Shown piece after piece: positions 46,738 to 55,320 of a DNA stretch of 55,320 nt; the stretch's first letter is position 1; the number at the start of each line of letters is the position of its first letter. A program made the translations under genes and the position numbers. The notes below the pieces were generated by a model. That model ran no database searches and had not been told where the DNA came from. It was given only the letters and a program-made list of their open reading frames with translations. The DNA is from Verrucomicrobiota bacterium (lineage in GTDB: Bacteria > Verrucomicrobiota > Verrucomicrobiia > Limisphaerales > CANJXF01): positions 1-55,320 of the forward strand of contig JBBQRQ010000024.1 in NCBI GenBank assembly GCA_038214755.1, given 5' to 3'.

Positions 46738-47721
46738 ATGCCAGACTACGCGTTAATGAACCAGTGCATTTACGAAGGTAAAGCCAAGGAAGTGGAACAG
46801 ATGACCATTGCCGCCCTCGCCGAAGGCCGGAGCGTCAAAGAAGTTTTGACCGAAGGACTCATCGCTGGAATGAGCGTCGTCGGCGAGGACTTCAAATACA
46901 ACATCCTCTACGTGCCAGAAGTGCTCATCGCCGCGCGTGCGATGAAGGCCGGCATGGGAGTGTTGAAACCATTGCTGTCCGCAAAAGATTCTGACGTTCA
47001 ACCCGCCGGAGTTCTTGTCATGGGAACGGTGCGCGGCGACTTGCATGACATCGGAAAAAATCTCGTCTGCATGATGGCGGAAGGCGCGGGTTTTCAGGTG
47101 TATGACATCGGCGTTGATCAAAGCATCGAAAAATTTCTCGCCGCCTACGAACTGCACAAACCGAGCATCATCGGCATGAGCGCGTTGCTCACCACGACGA
47201 TGACTTACATGAAAACCGTCATCGATGGCTTTGAAGAAAAAGGTCTCGGTCACATCAAGATGGCCATCGGTGGCGCGCCCATCAGCCAGATGTATGCGGA
47301 CGAAATTGGCGCCGATGGTTACGGCGCGGATGCTTCGAGCGCCGTGGATTTATTTCTCCATTTTGTCGGCAAAGGTCTTCCTCCCTCATTCAAAACTAAA
47401 TTGGAAGCGGCCGCTCCTGCAATCGCTGAGCGCGCTGCCGTGGTCCAAACGCGCGACCTGAACGCGAAATCAAAATTTCAAATTCTCTATTGGCAGGACA
47501 TTCCATCAGAAGTGAAAGCATGGGATGATTTTGACGAAATTAAAGTCAGCTTGCCCGTGCGATTTGCGGAATTGATTGATGAGTCGGCGCAAAAACAAGG
47601 TTTCATTTCGGGCGACGCTTACATGAAGCATCTGCGTTGGGGCGAGGAAACGGAACGTCCCGGCTCGCCCGAGGAAGTTGTCGAAGCCGTTCGCAAAGAA
47701 ATGGAAGCAAAATTTCTGTAA
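46738..47721 (+). CDS. Methyltransferase-cognate corrinoid (B12-binding) protein fused to a C-terminal 'virulence factor'-type domain
   Basis: Cap domain GLIAGMSVVGEDF..YVPEVL, GDLHDIGKNLV (DxHxxG), MSALLTTT, IGGAP, IGADGY. An extra ILYWQDIPSEV..F..LID..A...G domain follows. Confidence 0.9.
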   Translation: MPDYALMNQCIYEGKAKEVEQMTIAALAEGRSVKEVLTEGLIAGMSVVGEDFKYNILYVPEVLIAARAMKAGMGVLKPLLSAKDSDVQPAGVLVMGTVRGDLHDIGKNLVCMMAEGAGFQVYDIGVDQSIEKFLAAYELHKPSIIGMSALLTTTMTYMKTVIDGFEEKGLGHIKMAIGGAPISQMYADEIGADGYGADASSAVDLFLHFVGKGLPPSFKTKLEAAAPAIAERAAVVQTRDLNAKSKFQILYWQDIPSEVKAWDDFDEIKVSLPVRFAELIDESAQKQGFISGDAYMKHLRWGEETERPGSPEEVVEAVRKEMEAKFL

Positions 47722-47750
47722 GCGGTTCGTGTCCGGTTCCATCATGCCGC

Positions 47751-47826
47751 TTCTCATTAAAACCCCGTTAACGCTTTAGCCGGGTGTTGAGTTAGACGGT
47801 GAAGCTCCGACCCTTTCAACCGTTTC
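47751..47826. repeat. Degenerate palindromic element related to 28205-28276
   Basis: TTCTCATTAA..CTTTAGCCGGGTG...TTTCAACCGTTTC resembles the reverse complement of the 28.2-kb element. Confidence 0.45.
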
Positions 47827-47904
47827 GCGCGCAGCAAAGTTTTCTGCCTGCAAAAATTTATCGTCACTCCTCCCGCCTCGGTGTAATTTGAACTCACTCG
47901 AGTC

Positions 47905-48792
47905 ATGGAAGTTTCTGAAACATTTTACGACCTGGTCGAAACCACTTGTCGCGATCTTTACATTAAGTCGCTCAAGGAAATTCCGCCGGACATCGTGGCC
48001 GCGATCCGGCGCGCCGCCGCCACCGAAACCAAGGAAGTCGCGAAGAGAATTTTTTCTCACTACATCCAATCCATCGAACTGGGCCGCGACAAAAACATGA
48101 TGGTCTGCCAGGACACCGGCATCCCGATTTATTGGGTGGACATCGGTGGAAATCTTCGGCTCGACGGCGCGAAATTGAACGACGCGATTATTCGCGGAAC
48201 GGAACGGGCCACGCGCGAACATCCGTTGCGCTCCAGCATCGTCTCCCCGCTCACACGAGAAAATCGCCAGACCAGCACTGGGGAAAGAATCCCCGTCATC
48301 AAATATGATTTCGTCCGCGATTCCGATTGCCTCGATATTTTGTTCATCCCGAAAGGTTCCGGCTCCGAAAATATGTCGTTCCTGAAAATGTTGGTTCCCG
48401 CCGATGGAATTAACGGCATCAAAAAATTTGTTCTCGAACACGTCGTCGGCGCTGGCGCCAAACCTTGTCCGCCGACCATTGTCGGCGTCGGCATCGGCGG
48501 CTCTTCTGACTTGTGCATGGCGCTCGCCAAGAAAGCGACGACCCGCGTGCTCGGTTCAAAAAATCCGGACCCGCAAATCGCCGCGCTCGAGGAAGAACTG
48601 TTTGAGGCCATCAATCAAACTGGAATTGGTCCGCAAGGTCTGGGCGGGAACACCACCGCGCTCGCCGTTCACATCGAATCTGCCTGGACGCACATCACCT
48701 GCAATCCCGTGGCGGTGAACATGCAGTGCTGGCGCGCCGAAAGGCGTCGCGCAAAAATCTGGGCGGATGGGAAAATCGAGGAAGGTTTTTAG
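47905..48792 (+). CDS. Fe-S hydro-lyase alpha subunit (L-tartrate dehydratase / class I fumarase alpha family)
   Basis: CQDTG, PLRSSIV, PKGSGSEN, KPCPP, GIGPQGLGG, PVAVNMQCW. Confidence 0.9.
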   Translation: MEVSETFYDLVETTCRDLYIKSLKEIPPDIVAAIRRAAATETKEVAKRIFSHYIQSIELGRDKNMMVCQDTGIPIYWVDIGGNLRLDGAKLNDAIIRGTERATREHPLRSSIVSPLTRENRQTSTGERIPVIKYDFVRDSDCLDILFIPKGSGSENMSFLKMLVPADGINGIKKFVLEHVVGAGAKPCPPTIVGVGIGGSSDLCMALAKKATTRVLGSKNPDPQIAALEEELFEAINQTGIGPQGLGGNTTALAVHIESAWTHITCNPVAVNMQCWRAERRRAKIWADGKIEEGF

Positions 48793-48833
48793 AAGTTCTT
48801 GACGGAAAAAGACGACGTATTACATTTCGTATT

Positions 48834-49079
48834 ATGTCAGACATTTTAGCTAAAGGTAGAACCGTCCGGTTTAGTAAAAAACTAGACAGGTCCCTCACGG
48901 CGGAGGCGGCGCGACAGAATGTAAGCGTGAGTGATTTGGTGCGGCGCGCGGCCGAAAGCGCCCTCCACGCCAGCACTGAATGCGCCGGTGATTGGTGCTT
49001 GGGTTTGGCGCAACGCAAGTCGCCGCGGAAAAAAACCGATCCCGAACTCATCGCGGCATACGATCGTCGGCACAAATGA
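48834..49079 (+). CDS. Ribbon-helix-helix antitoxin
   Basis: TVRFSKKLDRSL..EA..QNVSVSDLVRRA. Its TGA overlaps the toxin ATG. Upstream is TTGACG-16 bp-TACATT-7 nt-ATG with CGTATTA repeated twice. Confidence 0.75.
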   Translation: MSDILAKGRTVRFSKKLDRSLTAEAARQNVSVSDLVRRAAESALHASTECAGDWCLGLAQRKSPRKKTDPELIAAYDRRHK

Positions 49080-49483
49080 AAGCGATCCTCGATGCGGGAC
49101 CTCTCATTGCGTTGTGGGGCAGAGCAGACCAACGCCCGGACAAACATCATGAATGGGCCGTAAAAATTTTCGCGCACTACTCTGGCCCATTTTTCACAAG
49201 TGAGACGGTGCTGGGCGAAGTCGGATTCATGACGGGATGCGCTGCCGATATTTTGAAGGGAGTTGCAAAAAGGCATTTCATCGTCGGAACGGATTTCGAG
49301 CACGACTTCGCGGCGATGTCTCGTGTACTGGCACACTTTGACCATTGTGATCTAGCAGATAGTTCCGTGGTTGTGTTGAGTGAAAAGCTGCCGAATTTGG
49401 ACGTGATTACAACTGATCGCAGACATTTTTTAACCTATCGCCGAATGGATAGAAGTGCGTTGCCCGTTGTTTTCCCCGACTAA
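49076..49483 (+). CDS. vapC: PIN-domain toxin
   Basis: ILDAGPLIAL, TSETVLGEV, DLADSSVVVLSE, TTDRRHF..YR. Confidence 0.85.
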   Translation: MKAILDAGPLIALWGRADQRPDKHHEWAVKIFAHYSGPFFTSETVLGEVGFMTGCAADILKGVAKRHFIVGTDFEHDFAAMSRVLAHFDHCDLADSSVVVLSEKLPNLDVITTDRRHFLTYRRMDRSALPVVFPD

Positions 49484-49520
49484 CGTTCGCGCCAATCCCG
49501 CACAACAGGTCTCAATTGTT

Positions 49521-51149
49521 TCAGGATTTATTTGTTCTCTTTGAAGATAATTTTTCCCTGACCAACTGAAACATCTCGCGCGCGGAAGGAACTTTTAGCC
49601 ACATCGCAATGGCGAAGTAAACCAAGGTCGCGATGCTCATCGGCAAAAAGACAGCGCCCGCTTTTTCCAGCATCATCCGGTGGCCGAATTTCTTTTCCCA
49701 AAAATAATTTGTCGCCCATGCCGCGAGACCCGCGAAAACCGTTGCGACCAATAATCTCTCGGTGTTTCGGCGTAATTGGGTCATGCCAAGAAATCTTAAT
49801 TTTCGGCGCAACGCGTAAACCAAAAGGGAAACGTTCAACGCCGCGCTCAACGTGTTGGCCAAACCAAGTCCTTTTTGCCGCAACGTCCAGATGAACATCA
49901 GCGCGAACACGAGATTCAACAGCAGACAAACGATGCTGATTTTCATCGGCGTTTGCGTATCGCCCAAAGCGTAAAAGGCGCGCGCCAAAATGTTCACGAG
50001 CGAAAACATCACGAGTCCCGGCGCGAGAAACTTTAAGGCCATGGCCGATTGTTGCGTGGCAAAGCTGTCAAATTTTCCATGCTCGAAAAGCAAACGAATG
50101 ATCGGCACGGCGAGAACGAAGAGGAGAACCGACGCGATCAGATTGACGAAAATCAGGTGGCTCATCCCTTGCCAAAGGGTCAAACGAAACTCGGGATATT
50201 TTTTTCCCGCGGCCAAGCCCGACAACGTCGGCAACAAATAAGTGGCGAGCGAAATTCCGAAAACGCCTTGGGGTAATTCCATCAGGCGAACCGCAAAATC
50301 AAATGACGCCACGATTTTTGAATCGACACAAAAAGCCAGTCCGTTGGTGACGAGGACGTTGATTTGAAATGCCGCCACGCCCATCATGCCGGGAATCATT
50401 TTTCGCGCGACCTGGCGGACTGTTTCATTTCCCCAGGGCGAAATCCACTCCCCGCGGTAACCTTCGCGACGGAGGTAATACCATTGGAAAACGGCTTGGG
50501 CGATTCCGGCGACGAGAACGCCAATGGCCAATCCGAAAATTTGTTGCTCCAATTTTTTTCCCATCAACGGCGCGAGAAAAAAAACCGAACCAATCATGGT
50601 CACATTGAGAATCGTTGACCCCATCGCCGGCACGAAAAAATGTCCGCGCGCGTTTTGCATCCCGATGAAAACGGCGGCCAGACAAACCAGCAGCATGTAG
50701 GGAAACATCAGTCGCAGCAGTTGAAGCATCAATTGCGTTTGTCCCTTGAGGGAGCCGATTTCCAATTGCTCGGCGAGAAAACCGCCAGAGGGAAGATTGA
50801 TCGAAAAATCGGTGGCGATAAGAACCGTGATGACAATCGTGGCGACGACGATGATCGATGCGGAGGCCAGGAGCAGCGCGGAGATCGCGGCGTTGGCGGC
50901 GCGCCACATTTCTTTTTCACCGGCGATTTTTTCTTTTTCTTTGAAGATGGGAATGAACGCTGCCGAGAGAGCGCCTTCACCGAGCAGGCGGCGAAATAAA
51001 TTGGGAATTTGAAACGCCAGAGTGAACGCGCTGGCGACGGGAGTGATTCCCATAAACGACGCAAAGACCGCGACGCGCACGAAGCCCAGCACGCGGCTGA
51101 TCATGGTGGCCGCCGCCATCGCGCCGGAGGATTTCAGCATTTGCGACAT
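49521..51149 (-). CDS. murJ: Lipid II flippase MurJ
   Basis: SRVLGFVR, AFQIPNLFRRLLGEGALSAAFIP, RLMELPQG, RAFYALGDT.TP. Confidence 0.95.
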   Translation of the reverse strand: MSQMLKSSGAMAAATMISRVLGFVRVAVFASFMGITPVASAFTLAFQIPNLFRRLLGEGALSAAFIPIFKEKEKIAGEKEMWRAANAAISALLLASASIIVVATIVITVLIATDFSINLPSGGFLAEQLEIGSLKGQTQLMLQLLRLMFPYMLLVCLAAVFIGMQNARGHFFVPAMGSTILNVTMIGSVFFLAPLMGKKLEQQIFGLAIGVLVAGIAQAVFQWYYLRREGYRGEWISPWGNETVRQVARKMIPGMMGVAAFQINVLVTNGLAFCVDSKIVASFDFAVRLMELPQGVFGISLATYLLPTLSGLAAGKKYPEFRLTLWQGMSHLIFVNLIASVLLFVLAVPIIRLLFEHGKFDSFATQQSAMALKFLAPGLVMFSLVNILARAFYALGDTQTPMKISIVCLLLNLVFALMFIWTLRQKGLGLANTLSAALNVSLLVYALRRKLRFLGMTQLRRNTERLLVATVFAGLAAWATNYFWEKKFGHRMMLEKAGAVFLPMSIATLVYFAIAMWLKVPSAREMFQLVREKLSSKRTNKS

Positions 51150-51169
51150 CGGGAGCGGAGGCTAGGGGG

Positions 51170-51273
51170 TCAAAGTTCAAAGTTCAAAGTTCAAAGTTGG
51201 AAAACGACCACAGAGGCACAGAGGCACCGAAGAAAGTATAAACTCAATCTCTGTGCCTCTGTGTCTTTGTGGT
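51170..51273. repeat. TCAAAGT x4 heptamer array followed by a CACAGAGG-type inverted repeat
   Basis: 51170-51197 heptamers; ACCACAGAGGCACAGAGGCAC (from 51207) pairs with CTCTGTGCCTCTGTGTCTTTGTGGT (to 51273). Confidence 0.85.
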
Positions 51274-51737
51274 TAATTTTTCTTCCGATAATGGAGAATT
51301 TTGAACTCAGCGCAGTCGAGAACTTCTTCGGTCAATGTGAAATTGTTTTCAAACGGGGGAAAAAATTTATCGCCCGGAACGACTCGTTTCACCAGCGTGA
51401 GATAAAGATCGGAGCAGAGCGGCAACGTTTGTTCGTAGATTTGCGCGCCACCACAAATAAAAATTTCGCGCTTTTCGTTTTTTAAATCCAACTCGTTCAA
51501 ATCCGAAATCGTCTGAACTCCCGGATACTGAAAACCTGTGCGGCTCAAAATAATGGTGGTGCGATTAGGCAACGGTTTTCCGATCGATTCAAAAGTTTTT
51601 CGCCCCATGACGATGATGTGGCCGGTCGTCATTTTTTTGAACCATTTGAAATCTTCGGGAAGATGCCACGGAATTTTATCTCCATTTCCGATGACGCGAT
51701 TTTCGCTCATGGCGGCGATGGCTTTGAAAGTTTTCAT
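51273..51737 (-). CDS. folA: Dihydrofolate reductase
   Basis: AMSENRVIG, IPWHLPEDFKWFK, MGRKTFESIGKPLPNR, GGAQIY, GDKFFP. Confidence 0.96.
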   Translation of the reverse strand: MKTFKAIAAMSENRVIGNGDKIPWHLPEDFKWFKKMTTGHIIVMGRKTFESIGKPLPNRTTIILSRTGFQYPGVQTISDLNELDLKNEKREIFICGGAQIYEQTLPLCSDLYLTLVKRVVPGDKFFPPFENNFTLTEEVLDCAEFKILHYRKKN

Positions 51738-52972
51738 TTCGCCTGGTCAGACGGAAGAATTTCTTGGAGCGCGTCAGCTAATTTCTCGTATTGCGGCAAT
51801 GAATTGTAAAGTTGCGCTGAGATGCGCAGCAATCGTTTCGGGTAAACCGGCCACGGAATAATCGGAACTTCGATTCGATAATCGCGAAGGAGTTTTTCTT
51901 GAAGCGGATCGAGGTAAAGCGGGGATTTTTGTGGAACGATTTTTGCCGCATCAGGAATGGGTATGGCGGCGAGCGAACCGATGAGTTCTTCAGGGGCAGG
52001 AGGATCGATTCCCAGCGCGCGACAAAGAACTTTCTGCGCGGCAACTGCAAGCGTGTGGTTGCGACGCATCACCTCCGGCCAGCCACCGGGCAGCAGCGAA
52101 CTGATATATTTTATCGCGCTCGGCACGCTGAGATATGCGGTGGGATCGCCCGTGCCGGTCCATCCAAATTCCAGGAGAAAGCGCGAGCGATCTTTACGGG
52201 GAGAGTTTGCTCCATGGCTGATCGAGAGCGGTCGAATTAAATTTTGTTTCTCGCGTTGGACGTGCAGAAAAGCCGCGACCTTTGGAGCACAAATCCATTT
52301 GTGACAATTGCCCGTGTAATAAGTTGCTCCCAGTTTTTTCAAATTGAGCAGGAGCATTCCTGGCGCGTGCGCTCCGTCAATTAACGTTTCAATGCCTTGC
52401 GCGGACAACGCCTGCACCAGCCGTTTCACCGGAAAAATCAAACCGGTTTGGCTCGTCACATGATCGAATAACGCGAGTCTCGTCCGCGAAGTTACACGAC
52501 TCAAAACTGCTTCGAGAATTTGATCGGCGGAATGAATCGGAAACGGAACGTTCGCGACAACCACTTTTGCGCCCGATTGTTCGGCCGCAAAATTCAGCGC
52601 GTTTCGCGACGCATTGTATTCGTGATCGGCCACAAGCAGTTCGTCGCCGCGTTTGAATTTTAGTGAACGCAAAACCGTGTTGATCCCACTGGTTGCGTTG
52701 GGAACGAAAACCAAATCGTTTTTGTCGGCGTTTAAGAACTTGGCTAACTCAGCGCGCGCTTCATCAAGTAACGGTTCCAAATCGCGCACCAGAAATTGGA
52801 TTGGGTCTCGCTCCAAACGATGACGCAGTTCTTGTTGAAATTCCAAAACGGCGCGCGGGCAACTTCCAAACGAGCCATGATTGAGGAAAGTGATTTTAGG
52901 GTTCAGCAACCATAATTTTGGATCGGCAGCGGGTCGCGTCAGAGAGGTCCCGTTGACGAGTAGTTGTTTCAT
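51734..52972 (-). CDS. Class V PLP-dependent aminotransferase (isopenicillin-N epimerase / C-S lyase-like)
   Basis: FLNHGSFG, NATSG, DHVTSQTG, IDGAHAPG, GNCHKW, GTGDP, RISAQLYN. Confidence 0.88.
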   Translation of the reverse strand: MKQLLVNGTSLTRPAADPKLWLLNPKITFLNHGSFGSCPRAVLEFQQELRHRLERDPIQFLVRDLEPLLDEARAELAKFLNADKNDLVFVPNATSGINTVLRSLKFKRGDELLVADHEYNASRNALNFAAEQSGAKVVVANVPFPIHSADQILEAVLSRVTSRTRLALFDHVTSQTGLIFPVKRLVQALSAQGIETLIDGAHAPGMLLLNLKKLGATYYTGNCHKWICAPKVAAFLHVQREKQNLIRPLSISHGANSPRKDRSRFLLEFGWTGTGDPTAYLSVPSAIKYISSLLPGGWPEVMRRNHTLAVAAQKVLCRALGIDPPAPEELIGSLAAIPIPDAAKIVPQKSPLYLDPLQEKLLRDYRIEVPIIPWPVYPKRLLRISAQLYNSLPQYEKLADALQEILPSDQAK

Positions 52973-53018
52973 CCGGATTTTTTGCAATGGCAACGGAAAT
53001 TTACGCGACGAATGTTTT

Positions 53019-53720
53019 TCACAGTGGGTTCGCGGTGAGAATCATTGGCTCTTTTGGGCCTGGAAATTTTGGGCCGCGATGCAGCACATACAAATCGAGC
53101 GCGCACCAGGCGCGAGCGAAATGTTCCCGAGCTTTCACACGCCAACTCCAACGGCGAGAGTCCACGTCGCGAGCAGCAAAGGCCACGGCGTCGAGCGCGT
53201 GCCTCTGCGCAATCCAAAGCGCGCGCGGGCAATGGAACTCCTCGGAAATAATTGTGCAACGCGTCAGACCAAAAACGAGTTTGGCCCGGGCAATGGAATC
53301 CAGCGTGCGAAACCCGGCGTAATCGCAGGTGATCGCGCTCGAAGGCACACCAGCCACCATCAAGGCGTCGCGCATGTCGCTCGGTTCATCATATCCGGCG
53401 ACGTGGTTGTCGCCGCTGACGAGCAGAAAGCGAACTTTGCCGGCGTGATAGAGGGCGGCGGCGGCATTAATTCTTTGGTTGAAATGGAGATTCGGATTTC
53501 CGCGTCGCGTCAATTTTCCTGTGCCCAAAACCAAACCCACGTCGTTGGGCGGAACCGATTCTACGGAGTGGAAAATTTTGTGCCGCGCCGCATTTTGGCA
53601 AACGTGGTCAGCGCCGACCACAAGACCGACGGAGACAATTAGCGCGACGGCGAACGCGATTAAAATTCGGAGACGGTCAGCCCAAATTTTCTGATGCAAC
53701 TTTTGAAATTTCGTTTTCAT
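53019..53720 (-). CDS. sanA: SanA/YdcF (DUF218) family protein
   Basis: GLVLGT, LLVSGDN..YDEP, DYAGFRTLDS..RA, FHCPRAL, AREHFAR, PKFPG. Confidence 0.85.
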   Translation of the reverse strand: MKTKFQKLHQKIWADRLRILIAFAVALIVSVGLVVGADHVCQNAARHKIFHSVESVPPNDVGLVLGTGKLTRRGNPNLHFNQRINAAAALYHAGKVRFLLVSGDNHVAGYDEPSDMRDALMVAGVPSSAITCDYAGFRTLDSIARAKLVFGLTRCTIISEEFHCPRALWIAQRHALDAVAFAARDVDSRRWSWRVKAREHFARAWCALDLYVLHRGPKFPGPKEPMILTANPL

Positions 53721-54648
53721 TTTTTTTTAAGACGAGGAACAGGTTGTCGGCCAAATTAAAAAGAGACAGGAATTTTTCCAGAAATTGATACGGCCATTTC
53801 ACTGGTAGAAAAAGTGGATTCTGTTTAAATGAAGTCGTGCGTTTGAGCAACGCCGCGCGCTGTTGATCGGAAACAATTTCTCCTTTGCTGCGCCAATCCT
53901 GCCAGATCACGAAAGGATTAAAGTGCATCGAACCGTTCGCCACGATTTCCAATGACGGTTGAGTCAGGGCAAAGTTTTTCAGCGTCTGCGGATCGAAGTA
54001 ATTCACATGCTCCGGCAAAATGTAACGGTATTTTGCGTCAAGAATTCGCACGGCGAGCGACTGCATATTGGGCACGAGAATAAAACAGTGTCCGCCGCCT
54101 TTTAAAAGCGAAGCGGCTTTTTCCAAAAATTGTTTTGGCTCGATCAAATGCTCCATCACCGCCCAGAACGTAATCGCGTCGAAACGTTTTTCGCCGAGAT
54201 GTAAATCGAGGAAGGATTCCTCTAAAATTTCCACGCCTCGGCCCTTGGCGTATTCGAGCGCAGGCCGGGAAATGTCTGTGCCCGTGACGTTGTATTCATT
54301 TGGAAATCGATTGTTCAGTTGAAACAGAAACGCGCCCGTGGAGCAGCCGACATCCAGAACATTTCCTGTTTGGCAGAAGCGGCGAAAAAGTCGCAACTCG
54401 CGCTCGAAACGAACACTCGCGTAGTCGCTCTCCAATTTATCCGGCGAAAGGTAAAACGGGGTTCGTGAATCGTTGTAAAATGAACCGCTGACCATTTCTG
54501 CTGCGACCGGATTGGCAAATTTCATGGAACAGCTTCGACATTGAACGAGGACTAAATCTTTTTTGTGAAGGAATGGAATCGTATCTTCATTTCCGCAGAG
54601 TGGGCATCGCCGAGATATTCCATTGACCAAACGACCGGACGGATTCAT
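53677..54648 (-). CDS. Class I SAM-dependent methyltransferase with an N-terminal Zn ribbon
   Basis: CPLC..CRSC, LDVGCSTG, FDAITFWAVMEH, LKGGG, PEHVNYF. The ATG overlaps the toxin TGA. Confidence 0.85.
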   Translation of the reverse strand: MNPSGRLVNGISRRCPLCGNEDTIPFLHKKDLVLVQCRSCSMKFANPVAAEMVSGSFYNDSRTPFYLSPDKLESDYASVRFERELRLFRRFCQTGNVLDVGCSTGAFLFQLNNRFPNEYNVTGTDISRPALEYAKGRGVEILEESFLDLHLGEKRFDAITFWAVMEHLIEPKQFLEKAASLLKGGGHCFILVPNMQSLAVRILDAKYRYILPEHVNYFDPQTLKNFALTQPSLEIVANGSMHFNPFVIWQDWRSKGEIVSDQQRAALLKRTTSFKQNPLFLPVKWPYQFLEKFLSLFNLADNLFLVLKKNENEISKVASENLG

Positions 54649-54944
54649 CAAATTTCCGGCTCTTGTCGAGCGCCATGCCAGATTGTGGAAATGCTAATTA
54701 TTTTTTCGCGCTCGTGAATTTGGTAGATGACGCGATACGGCGAAATCAGAATTTCCCGAACATCATCCCGATTCATTTTCCGAAACTTTTTCCCCAAGCG
54801 AGGAAACCGACCCAAAAGGAGTATTTTCTCGATGATGGCACTCCCCATGTTTTCGGCCGCCGACGGATTATCCTTGGAAATGAAATGCACCAGATCGCCG
54901 AGCTGATTCAACGCTTCTGGAGACCAGATGATTTGGTAATCCAT
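54648..54944 (-). CDS. RelE/ParE-family toxin
   Basis: IIWSPEALNQL..ISKDNPSAA..FPRLG..REI..PYRVIY..IWHGAR. Confidence 0.9.
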   Translation of the reverse strand: MDYQIIWSPEALNQLGDLVHFISKDNPSAAENMGSAIIEKILLLGRFPRLGKKFRKMNRDDVREILISPYRVIYQIHEREKIISISTIWHGARQEPEI

Positions 54945-55114
54945 GAATTGAATCGTTGGACGACTTGTTCGTGCGGAAGACCCTCGCCTCGTTCAATCTG
55001 CGACATGCCTTTTTTTACAGAAGCGAGAAGAGCGAGTTCATCCACGATCTGGGTGAAAGAAGCTTGCTCCGGCATTTCTTTCACGGCTTCCAAAACTAAA
55101 TCTCGGTCGCTCAT
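54908..55114 (-). CDS. Antitoxin (addiction-module type)
   Basis: 68 aa with LEAVKEMPE..I.DEL..KGM.QIERG..PHEQV, upstream of and overlapping the RelE/ParE gene. Promoter-like TTGCGC-17 bp-CATAAT-8 nt-ATG. Confidence 0.8.
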   Translation of the reverse strand: MSDRDLVLEAVKEMPEQASFTQIVDELALLASVKKGMSQIERGEGLPHEQVVQRFNSWITKSSGLQKR

Positions 55115-55320
55115 ACATTCAAATTATGCGGCGTGAAAATAGAGAGCGCAAATTCAATTTGGCCTTCAGTGCCATCACTCCACGGCCAATTCATGAAGAT
55201 GATTGAAAGCTTGGCTGGCGGGCATGAAGGCAGCGGATGGCGTAGCGATGATGTTCGGCGTTCATGGCGGTGAAAAAGTCGGTGGTGGTTTTGTGCTGCG
55301 GTTTTTTCTGCCGGTTGCGC

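Noticed and set aside
51273..51737. folA as part of the corrinoid methyl-transfer module
   Set aside because: It lies in the opposite-strand housekeeping run with murJ; proximity alone is not evidence.
55152..55320. Possible 3' end of a gene at the window edge
   Set aside because: It is too short, and none of the minus-strand frames gives a recognisable motif.

Overview
This is a bacterial chromosomal window, most likely from Verrucomicrobiota (Pedosphaera/Limisphaerales-like). That assignment is an inference from the H-X9-DG prepilin gene, the secreted Ig/PKD proteins ending in a W..Y.L..S.NL..W..F[YF]RL C-terminal domain, and the repeat families present. About 5.5-48.8 kb is one large glycan-utilisation region without SusC/SusD. 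It holds many predicted glycoside hydrolases (DUF4038/GH140-like, GHL10-like, Asp-box propellers, GH42-like, GH2, clan GH-A), rhaT, rhaM, an SDR, an HpcH aldolase, an aldehyde dehydrogenase, an ExuT-type MFS transporter, a LacI regulator, a prepilin, a lectin and an Ig-repeat protein. It ends in a UroD/MtaA-like methyltransferase, a corrinoid protein and a lone Fe-S hydro-lyase alpha subunit, which together are a candidate cobalamin-dependent sugar O-demethylation system. The right end is housekeeping (murJ, folA, class V aminotransferase, sanA-like, SAM methyltransferase). Four type II toxin-antitoxin pairs are present, all with promoter-like motifs directly abutting the start codon. The window is rich in REP-like palindromes. 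Some are nested as MITEs with target-site duplications, and several are inserted in frame inside intact genes. A 2-kb insert carrying a decayed cysS and dinJ-yafQ sits between two 215-bp diverged direct repeats. I found no rRNA, tRNA, CRISPR array, transposase, integrase or reverse transcriptase. All family assignments are motif recognition by eye; no database searches were run.
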